The notes beneath the pieces were generated by a model. That model worked only from the letters and a program-made list of their open reading frames with translations. It made no database searches and was not told where the DNA came from. A stretch of DNA of 64,000 bases from a virus: the IMG/VR virus record IMGVR_UViG_3300000228_000006, positions 526 through 64,525 of that record, one strand, 5' to 3'. The translations under genes were made by a program, and so were the position numbers. Shown here one piece after another: positions 9,021-17,220 of this stretch. Every line of letters begins with the position of its first letter. The first letter of the stretch is position 1.

Positions 9021-11343
9021 ATGAATAAAAATATAGTAATAATGAAAGAAGGAGATCTTGATATAAATGAATATATGTTACAAGATTTCTATGAAAATGA
9101 TGAAGAACCTATAATTAGTGAAGACTATAGTAATTGGATTGAAACAAAGGGAAACTATACTCCTGCAATCTCAATTACTGTCGTAAAAAAAATGCGAAAA
9201 GGTATTTATAAAGTAGGTATTGTAAATGATCAACTTACTTGTTTACCACAAGCTATTTCCTCTGATGGGCTGTGTCTATTACCAGATTCCACATCTCAAT
9301 TTATTTTAAATGAAACTGAAAAGTTTTGGGCAAGAGCAGAAGAGTTTAAAAAATATAATATGATTCATAAAAGAGGAATATTATTAGAGGGAAGTCCGGG
9401 GACAGGTAGACGATTATAAAGTTAAGATTGGATTAATGTTTTAAAAAAGTGCTAAATTATGGTTTTAATATAAATATTTTTTATTATCTTTGTAGATAAT
9501 AAAAAATAAAATATGGAAACATGATTAATAGAAGCAATAAGATTGCATGTAGAAAAGAGAGTATCGGTTAATAAAATAACCAAATTAGTTGGTAAAAGTC
9601 ACACCACAATCACTAAATATTTTAAAATTCATAATATTGAATTTAAAAATAATAATGAAAAAACAAGTGGAGAGTATTTAAAAGCTCTGGATTTATATAA
9701 AACAGGAGAGTTTAGTGTTACAGAACTATCAAACAAATTTAAAATTGATAGGCACGCTTTATCAAGAAGAATTAAAGCAATAGGACTGAATGTAGTAAAT
9801 AAACAAAACCTAATAAGGTTTAATGAAAATATTTTTGATGATATCGATACAGAAGAAAAGGCATATTGACTTGGTTTTCTATATGCTGATGGCTGTGTTT
9901 CCTCAATAAATAATACTATTGAGATATCTTTAAAATATTCTGATTTTAATCATTTATATAAATTTAAAAACTTTTTAAATTGCACTAATAATATAATAAT
10001 TGACACTATTAGGTGTAGATTAATGTTTAGTAGTGGTTATTTTAAAAAAAGACTAATCGAGTTAGGATGTACTCCTAGAAAATCTTTAACTTTAGAATTT
10101 CCAACAGAGGGACAAATGCCCGATCATTTAATTATACCTTTTATTAGGGGATATTTTGATGGTGATGGAACATTTACTTATTTTAGTAGGAATGGTAAAG
10201 GAACAGTGTTTACTCCTAAAATAGGATTTATAGGTACACAAGATTTTTTAAAAGGAGTACAAGATGTACTTTTAACTGATGCAAATCTACACCTAGCTAA
10301 TAAAAATGGGTCTAATAAATGCTTTGAAATTTCTTTTGGCTCTAAAAAATCTACTGAAATTTTAAAAAAGTTATATAAAGATGCTAATATTTACCTAGAC
10401 AGAAAATTTAAACGTTATACAATATTTAAAAATAATAATTTTGCCGTCCAAAGTAGTAATATTTTGGATTATGAGAAAGCAATATCGGAGGAGACTAAAG
10501 AATATTTAATTAAACAATATAAGTTAAATTTCAATGTTAACACCGAGATAAATAATGACAGTAAAAAATCATTATCATCGTAACGCATAGATACTGAACC
10601 TCTTAATTGAGAATACAATGTATCCACGAGTGCTTTCCACCCTACTGTTATTAGAGGGTGAAGATATATGCTAAGCTATCTGATGATTAAATCAGAATAT
10701 TTTATCTTGTAATTGGAAGATAAATAAGGAGGAAACTCCTAGAAGTAAAGGATAAAAAACCATTACGATAATAAAGCTGAAAAGCGTTACAATTACATTA
10801 TTAATCCAAGAACTCATTAAAAAAGACGGATTAATATTTTTAATTAATTCTGCCAGAGATTTTTCATTAATTTATGATTTCTATAAGAATACTTTAAGAA
10901 AAATTGAGCCAAACAGAAACATTATCACTGTAATAGAGGACATTGATAAACTTATTAATGATAATGTTGAGCCTGAATTTTTAGATTTTTTAGATGGTAA
11001 AATGAGTATTGACCACCATTTGGTGATTGCTACTACTAATGATTCTTCTGACCTTTCAGATGCAATTATTAGGCCCAGTAGAATGGATATGAGGGTAGTA
11101 ATTGATTATCCTACAAAAGCATCTCGTATGGAATTCTTTAAGTTTAAAGGAGTAGAAGAGTCTGATTTAGAAATGTTCGTAACTGCTTCTAAAAAATTCT
11201 CAATGTCCCAATTAAAAGAGCTTTTTATAGGAACTTATGTTTTAGGTAATGGATTTGATCAAGTTGTTGAACAAATTAAAAATCCATTAGTTAAACAACG
11301 ATATGATAGTTTTGTACACAATAAAACTATCATTGGATTTTAA
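9021..11343 (+). CDS. AAA+ ATPase split by a group I intron: join(9021..9407,10780..11343), about 316 aa
   Basis: Splicing restores Walker A GSPGTG|KS. Exon 2 has Walker B VIEDIDK, FLDG, ATTN and the Arg finger RPSRMD. Confidence 0.88.
9457..9492 (+). promoter_or_regulatory. Intron-internal promoter TTATGGTT-N20-TATCTTTG
   Basis: Bacteroidota -7 element TAnnTTTG at 9485-9492, 20 nt before the endonuclease ATG. Confidence 0.6.
9513..10583 (+). CDS. Double-motif LAGLIDADG homing endonuclease with N-terminal HTH-like region, 356 aa, two in-frame TGA
   Basis: TGA at 9522 and 9867 join two track ORFs. Motifs KAY(W)LGFLYADG and FIRGYFDGDG. Confidence 0.88.
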
Positions 11344-11413
11344 TTTACTAAAATAATACTTACACTCTATTTTATAAAAAAGTTTATTTCCTTTAAAAAT
11401 AAGTGTTAAAAAA

Positions 11414-11445
11414 TTTGGTAGATTGAAAAAAATGTTGTACCTTTG
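11414..11445 (+). promoter_or_regulatory. Bacteroidota primary-sigma promoter TTTG-N20-TACCTTTG
   Basis: Exact match to the -33/-7 consensus. Confidence 0.8.
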
Positions 11446-11551
11446 TATAACAAATGAGATAAAAATGTATTTTGTATTTTGATAATACAAAAAATATATA
11501 GATAGGAAACTACAAGATAAAAATTTATAAATAAAAAAATGTTAAGGAATT

Positions 11552-12139
11552 ATGAAAACAATTGAAGCACAAGGATTTACTAAAGCAGCCGCTTACGAAA
11601 CAACAGGATTAGATGTAGAATTTGCATTATTGAAAAATGCAACACAAAAATGGAAAAAAGAAGGTTCACCTATGAGTACCAAAGAACTAAATAAATTCAT
11701 GACTGAATATATGACTGCTAACAAAGCTGTTGGAGCGTTTATTGTAGTTGATGGATCGTCAAAAGACACTCGTCTTCGTCCATATTCTGTTATTAATGTA
11801 GTAACTGATGGTAAACGTAAATCAAAACGTGTGTATCAAATTAAAGAAGCTACATTTAAAACTAAAATTTCTACAATTCTTACAGAAGAAGGAGTAGAAG
11901 AAACAATTAAAGTTGTTGATCCAAAATCAGTAGTTTTAGGTGTTGTAGTTGGTCGTGAAGGTAAGAAAAGTGAAGCTGTTACAGCAGCTAAAAAACTTAC
12001 AACTGCTAACAAACGTGCATATGGTATTGAAATCGTGGAAGAAATCGTTGAAGGACAAAAATATGCAGCTTTTGTGGATTACACTCCATCAGAATCAGCT
12101 AAATTAGGTAAATTCATCTTTTTCAATAAAGAAGTCTAA
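11552..12139 (+). CDS. Hypothetical Lys/Thr/Val-rich protein (195 aa), apparently monocistronic
   Basis: Own promoter upstream and terminator downstream. Confidence 0.8.
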   Translation: MKTIEAQGFTKAAAYETTGLDVEFALLKNATQKWKKEGSPMSTKELNKFMTEYMTANKAVGAFIVVDGSSKDTRLRPYSVINVVTDGKRKSKRVYQIKEATFKTKISTILTEEGVEETIKVVDPKSVVLGVVVGREGKKSEAVTAAKKLTTANKRAYGIEIVEEIVEGQKYAAFVDYTPSESAKLGKFIFFNKEV

Positions 12140-12254
12140 AAATATCAAAATGAGGTTGTTTACTCCTCTTTAAATTAAACATCGAAACTCTACTAAATTT
12201 GAGTGGTATAATGAACCTAAATCATTCGTCAAATATTGACGTTAATCAAAAATT

Positions 12255-12290
12255 AAAGGTCAATAGATTAAATTCTATTGACCTTTTTTT
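12255..12290 (+). terminator. Rho-independent terminator
   Basis: AAAGGTCAATAGA-ttaaat-TCTATTGACCTTT followed by a T-tract. Confidence 0.85.
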
Positions 12291-12336
12291 ATTTAAATCC
12301 AATAATTAACGGAGTACAATCCATAAACAAAATTGA

Positions 12337-13908
12337 ATGAATAAAGAAAATAATGAAGTAACTGTAGAGGAAGTTAAAGTAGATTTAGCAAAAGTAGATC
12401 AAAGATATATTAAAAGAATTTGTAGTAATAATACTTTAACATTAGAAGATAAATTAAATATATTAGTTGAACATTTTAATCTAACAAAAGAAGTAGTTAC
12501 GGAATATGTTGAATCATTAGGGATGATTTTAACTCCTTCTCAATTTTCAGCAGCTAAATTACACACTTTAAAAAAGAAACAAAGATATATAATTACCAGT
12601 GCTCAAACAGCGTCTCCAATTAATGAAGACTTTCTTCATAATATTGAAGTTTATGCTAAACATATTGATGCAGAAATTGGTATTATAGCAACAAGATATA
12701 GAAATCCTACCTCTATTTGGGCAGAAGAAGGAGATGTCTGGGATGAAAGAACACATAAATACTTAACAGCTAACAGGCAATTATTACACAATGATTGTTT
12801 ACTTTTAGCAGATTTAAAAATACAAGCAACTAGCCCTAATCCTACCAATGGTATAGAATTATTTGGAGGACATGCATCTGTGATTGTGGGTAGTCCTAGA
12901 ATTGAAATGCGTAGTGTACCTGTGTTACCAAATCAGAAACAAAAATTCTTACATTCAACAGGGAGTGTAACTATCCCAAGTTTTACAGACTCAGTTGCTG
13001 GTGGAAAACAAGCTGAACATCATGCTTATGGATTTGTAGTAGTTGAAATAGAAAATGATGATGTAGTACATATTAGAAATGTTTCTGCTGATATATATGG
13101 TAATTTTAATGATTTAATATTCAGGGTTGATGAAAAAGGAGTTACAACTGAAACAGTAGAATGTTTAGTTTGGGGAGATTCTCATTTTGCTCAAAAAGAA
13201 GAACGTGTTACTTTAGCATTTAGAAAATTATGTTTAAATTTAGGAATTGAAATGTCTGTATTACATGATATTTGGGATTCTGAAAGTTTAAATGTACACA
13301 ATGTTAAGAATGGAGTTGTTCAACATCAATTAATGACTGCTGGTAAAGATGATTTACAAGCTGAGCTTGATCAAATGCATGGAGAATTAAAGTGGTTTGA
13401 ATCACACATGAATGAAACACTGATTATTGCTTCAAATCATGATGATATGTTAGATAGAGCTATGTGGCAAGGTGATTGGAGAGATAATTTAAAAAATGCA
13501 AAAGTATTTGTTGAAATGTTATCATTAACGTTGTCTGGTAATGCTCCATTAGGAGTAATCCCATACATTATTAATAGTACATATGATAATATTAAAGCCT
13601 TAGGAGTTAATGATTCATATATCCATCGTGATGTAGAATTAGCTCTTCATGGTCATAAAGGACCTAATGGTTCTAAAGGAAATATTAATAGCTTTTCTAA
13701 ATTATCAACTAAAACTATTATAGGACATAGTCATTCCCCACAAATAAGTGGAGGTTGTTATCAAGTTGGTATTTCTTGTCAAATGCAACATGGCTATAAT
13801 AAAGGTTTATCAGGTTGGGCATATAATGGAGTTACATTAAATAAACATGGTAAAAGACAATCAATTACTTTAAATAAAAATACATTAACTTACACAACAC
13901 TTTACTAA
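12337..13908 (+). CDS. Calcineurin-like metallophosphoesterase with N-terminal extension
   Basis: WGDSHF, LHDIWD, SNHDD, LHGH and IGHSH motifs. Confidence 0.8.
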   Translation: MNKENNEVTVEEVKVDLAKVDQRYIKRICSNNTLTLEDKLNILVEHFNLTKEVVTEYVESLGMILTPSQFSAAKLHTLKKKQRYIITSAQTASPINEDFLHNIEVYAKHIDAEIGIIATRYRNPTSIWAEEGDVWDERTHKYLTANRQLLHNDCLLLADLKIQATSPNPTNGIELFGGHASVIVGSPRIEMRSVPVLPNQKQKFLHSTGSVTIPSFTDSVAGGKQAEHHAYGFVVVEIENDDVVHIRNVSADIYGNFNDLIFRVDEKGVTTETVECLVWGDSHFAQKEERVTLAFRKLCLNLGIEMSVLHDIWDSESLNVHNVKNGVVQHQLMTAGKDDLQAELDQMHGELKWFESHMNETLIIASNHDDMLDRAMWQGDWRDNLKNAKVFVEMLSLTLSGNAPLGVIPYIINSTYDNIKALGVNDSYIHRDVELALHGHKGPNGSKGNINSFSKLSTKTIIGHSHSPQISGGCYQVGISCQMQHGYNKGLSGWAYNGVTLNKHGKRQSITLNKNTLTYTTLY

Positions 13909-13909
13909 C

Positions 13910-14278
13910 ATGTACATACGATTAGAAAAACAATATACAATTACTGTTCCCAAAATTAATAATGTCACAATTGAATTTGATTTTGAATCATATATTAAAA
14001 ATAATGGTATTAAAATTAACGATGAAAAAGATTTAAGGAAGGTAATTCAAGACTGGATTAATTATGATTGTAAAGAATTATATTATAATCAAGACGATTG
14101 GGATAATGACTTAATTAATGATGATTATGATGAAACTAATTTAATATTAAATATGGATGCCCTTGTAAAAGAACTTTTTCATTTAATACCACCAGTTAAT
14201 AATCCTCTTTGCGGTACTATAACTAAAAATAATAAATATAATTATTGCCCTACTTGTGGGGCTAAGTTAAACTATTAA
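13910..14278 (+). CDS. Hypothetical protein with C-terminal CPTCG (Zn-ribbon-like)
   Basis: C-terminal YNYCPTCGAKL. Confidence 0.65.
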   Translation: MYIRLEKQYTITVPKINNVTIEFDFESYIKNNGIKINDEKDLRKVIQDWINYDCKELYYNQDDWDNDLINDDYDETNLILNMDALVKELFHLIPPVNNPLCGTITKNNKYNYCPTCGAKLNY

Positions 14279-14288
14279 AAAACTATTA

Positions 14289-14558
14289 ATGGAATATACA
14301 TTTTTTAAAGACACACTTGGCACAATTTGGTATAGAGATTGCTTTCAAGTAGAAGCTGAAACATATGAATTAGCTTGTGAACAAGTTAAAAAAATATCTC
14401 AGAATGATGATATAGATGATATGGATGGTATAGACTTTGAATGGAGTGAGCCACTGTATGAAACTTGGAATGAAACCCCTCTCAAAGATAATGATGGATT
14501 TAGTACAGTAGAATTTCAAGATGAGGAAGGCAGACTTATATACCGTAATGGAATTTAG
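14289..14558 (+). CDS. Hypothetical acidic protein (89 aa)
   Basis: ATG to TAG. Confidence 0.65.
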   Translation: MEYTFFKDTLGTIWYRDCFQVEAETYELACEQVKKISQNDDIDDMDGIDFEWSEPLYETWNETPLKDNDGFSTVEFQDEEGRLIYRNGI

Positions 14559-14618
14559 GGAAGGATTTTTCAATTATATGAAATTAAGTAAAAATAAAGT
14601 AATACTATTAAAACAACA

Positions 14619-14843
14619 ATGAAAATAATTTTACAATTCGATACTGAAAAAGATGAAGAGGTTAATCTTCATAAAATTTATATAAAAGCTGAAGATATGT
14701 CTTTAGCTTTATGGGATATTAGACAAATGTTTCGTAATAGGTTAAAATATGGGATTGAAGAAGGATACAGTGAAATTGAAAAATTATCTGAAAATTTTTT
14801 TGAAATTCTAAATAATTATGATTTAAATACAATAATAGACTAA
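14619..14843 (+). CDS. Hypothetical protein (74 aa)
   Basis: TAATG overlap with the next gene. Confidence 0.65.
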   Translation: MKIILQFDTEKDEEVNLHKIYIKAEDMSLALWDIRQMFRNRLKYGIEEGYSEIEKLSENFFEILNNYDLNTIID

Positions 14844-15607
14844 TGGCTGATATAACTTTACAAGATTTACTTAAAGGTAAATCAACACTAATAAAAACAA
14901 AGGAATACTTTGAAACAAAAAGATATGTAGAACCGTTTATAGAACGAATGTCTGCTTTTACTAATGATTTTAGAATTAGAGTTAAAACCCCAGACCAAAT
15001 GACTACTAATGCAGGTAGTGTAGCTGATTTAGCATTTAATAGAGTATTAATTGAAGCTGTATTACCAGAAAAACATTGTATTGATAATCATGATGAGGTA
15101 ATTGGATTTTTATATGGAATTGACATTAAAAAGCCAATGGTTAAAATATACCGTTCTTACTTAAATAAGGCTTGTACTAATATGTGTGTATTTAATCCAG
15201 ATTGGATTAATATACAAGAATTAACTCCTGGAGAACCAATTAATTTTAAACCAATACAAAATTTAATGGAGTATACAAGTGATTTTGCTATTAAATTAAA
15301 AAGTTTAAAAGATACTTATTTAAGTAGAGATATGCAAACTCAGTATCTTGGTGAGTGGGTTGACTATTCATTAAGAGAACACGAAGATTATGGATACGGC
15401 AAAGTTAAAATTGCTGTATCAACCCCAGTTGATGCTTACAAAAAATTATTTGTAGATACTAGTAGTGATTATTATATACCTATGGGTATAGATCCTTCAT
15501 TATTTGATGTATATAATGCTTTTACACAAGTATTAACAGATGATTCAAAAGATTTGTTAAACAAATTTGAAAAGATAATGATTATAAATAAATTATTAAA
15601 AATTTAA
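14843..15607 (+). CDS. DUF932/DUF945-like protein
   Basis: GFLYGID...YLNKACTNMCVF pattern resembles this family. Confidence 0.55.
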   Translation: MADITLQDLLKGKSTLIKTKEYFETKRYVEPFIERMSAFTNDFRIRVKTPDQMTTNAGSVADLAFNRVLIEAVLPEKHCIDNHDEVIGFLYGIDIKKPMVKIYRSYLNKACTNMCVFNPDWINIQELTPGEPINFKPIQNLMEYTSDFAIKLKSLKDTYLSRDMQTQYLGEWVDYSLREHEDYGYGKVKIAVSTPVDAYKKLFVDTSSDYYIPMGIDPSLFDVYNAFTQVLTDDSKDLLNKFEKIMIINKLLKI

Positions 15608-15608
15608 C

Positions 15609-15947
15609 ATGAAAGTAGAAAACGTTAATCCAAAGATATTAACATTATCCGAATATCTAGGATTGGAAGAAAGTGAAATATTAGATATTAAAGAAGAATC
15701 ACCTACATATTTTAGTTATGATAGTGAGGATTATTTGATTTTAACAGAGGATGAAGTTAATTGGGAACTTGATAGTTTAGCCAACAGTGACATTTCTTAT
15801 TTTCAAGATAGAATTAATAATGAATCTTTTGAATATAGTTATTTTTATAAAGTAAATAAAGAAGCTATAAGAGACTCTATTAATTTAAGCTCTATTGGTA
15901 CTGGAGATTGGGAAGAAGTGGATGAATATTATATTTTTAAAATGTAA
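15609..15947 (+). CDS. Hypothetical acidic protein (112 aa)
   Basis: Tightly packed ORF. Confidence 0.65.
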   Translation: MKVENVNPKILTLSEYLGLEESEILDIKEESPTYFSYDSEDYLILTEDEVNWELDSLANSDISYFQDRINNESFEYSYFYKVNKEAIRDSINLSSIGTGDWEEVDEYYIFKM

Positions 15948-15949
15948 TA

Positions 15950-16273
15950 ATGAAAAAGGAAATTATTGAATTACAAGAACATGAAATTGCTGCAATTCTG
16001 TGTTGGGATTATGTAAAATATAATGATGAATACTATGATGAAGAAGATGAATTAATTAATGGTGTTTGGAATAATTTTAAATGGATCACCAATATTTCAA
16101 AACCTCTTCCATTAAAAATTGGGCCTCAAGAAATAAACATTATTGTAAAACGACCTTCTGATGGTAGGTTTTTTAGTGGATTTTATACCTTAGATTGTGG
16201 ATGTATTAAATTTAACAATTTATTTTTAACTGAGGTATTTCCAGTAGAGAAAACTATAATAAGCTATGAATAA
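15950..16273 (+). CDS. Hypothetical protein (107 aa)
   Basis: Tightly packed ORF. Confidence 0.65.
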   Translation: MKKEIIELQEHEIAAILCWDYVKYNDEYYDEEDELINGVWNNFKWITNISKPLPLKIGPQEINIIVKRPSDGRFFSGFYTLDCGCIKFNNLFLTEVFPVEKTIISYE

Positions 16274-16442
16274 TTTAAAAACAGTTATTATTACAGCTGT
16301 TTTAACAATGGATGTAGATATACCAGTAGATGCAACATCTTTATATATGGATGCTCTAGAAAGTGAGGCTTGGGATGAACTTAATAGGGCTTTAACTCAT
16401 ACTGATTTTGTTGTAGAAGAAGTTGTTATTGAAAATGTGTAA
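16266..16442 (+). CDS. Small acidic hypothetical protein (58 aa, not in the ORF track)
   Basis: MNNLKTVIITAVLTMDVDIP...EEVVIENV*, overlapping the end of the previous gene. Confidence 0.55.
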   Translation: MNNLKTVIITAVLTMDVDIPVDATSLYMDALESEAWDELNRALTHTDFVVEEVVIENV

Positions 16443-16448
16443 TTTTAA

Positions 16449-16521
16449 TTTTAAGGCATTTTAATTTTTAATAATATAAATTATTAGTTTTATATTATTA
16501 GTTAATTAGAATGTCTTAAAA
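16449..16521. repeat. Long imperfect inverted repeat (stem of about 30 bp)
   Basis: TTTTAAGGCATTTTAATT..TAATAATATAAA paired with TTTATATTATTA..AATTAGAATGTCTTAAAA. Confidence 0.7.
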
Positions 16522-16552
16522 CTATAGTCAGATGTAAAAATATAATATAAAT

Positions 16553-16813
16553 ATGAAAGAAATAATTAAAAAAATAATTGCTGGCGGACAAATATCACAA
16601 CCAGATATAGTTGAATTTATAACTAAAATAACGGATTTATTTGAAAAGCCTATACGATCCCCACAAGAACTTGAGGGAATTATACTAATGATACAAATGG
16701 GACAATTTGATATAATGTATGCAGTAAAGTTAGCTTGCATAAAATTAGATATACCATTGAGAATATTATATGATAAAAATGGCATAATTATTAAACAATA
16801 TATTCAAGAATAA
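16553..16813 (+). CDS. Hypothetical protein (86 aa)
   Basis: TAATG overlap with the next gene. Confidence 0.65.
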   Translation: MKEIIKKIIAGGQISQPDIVEFITKITDLFEKPIRSPQELEGIILMIQMGQFDIMYAVKLACIKLDIPLRILYDKNGIIIKQYIQE

Positions 16814-17106
16814 TGAGAATAATTAAATTAATATATAATAATGAGACAAAAACTGCAATAGACTTAGTAAGTAATATACCTAGAACTATTGTAGAATTGT
16901 ATAATTATGATAATTATAAAGATAAAAAGAAAGCAATTCCAATAATGACCCGACATGGGGCTAAAAAATTTCCTTTTATTGTTTTTGAAGATGAAAATCT
17001 TGAAGAATACACTGCATATTGGACAGAAAGTAAAAAAGAACTTACTTCAAAATTAATTGATGAGTTATTAAATGTTGAATTAACTACCAAGTTAATTAAG
17101 AATTAA
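16813..17106 (+). CDS. Possible thioredoxin/glutaredoxin-fold protein without CxxC
   Basis: GAKKFPFIVF resembles the cis-Pro loop; lies upstream of RNR; contains no Cys. Confidence 0.4.
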   Translation: MRIIKLIYNNETKTAIDLVSNIPRTIVELYNYDNYKDKKKAIPIMTRHGAKKFPFIVFEDENLEEYTAYWTESKKELTSKLIDELLNVELTTKLIKN

Positions 17107-17123
17107 ATGATGAATTGAAAGAT

Positions 17124-17154
17124 TTTGGTATGTTAGAATTTTTTTGTATCTTTG
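17124..17154 (+). promoter_or_regulatory. Bacteroidota primary-sigma promoter TTTG-N19-TATCTTTG
   Basis: Consensus -33/-7 elements upstream of RNR. Confidence 0.8.
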
Positions 17155-17220
17155 TATAAAATATGAAAAATTAAAATTTTATATTTTTTACAAAAATACA
17201 AAAATTATTAAAAATTAAAA

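Larger units (their letters stand above)
9408..10779 (+). mobile_element. Group I self-splicing intron (1372 nt) carrying a homing endonuclease
   Basis: Exon 1 ends in T and the intron ends in G. P7-like pairing of GCATA (about 10587-10591) with TATGC inside GAAGATATATGC (about 10660-10671). Removal restores the ATPase frame. Confidence 0.85.

Noticed and set aside
14578-14622. 14-codon ORF ending in TGA that overlaps the next ATG (possible true TGA stop)
   Set aside because: Very short and probably chance; read-through adds only two codons, so it is uninformative.
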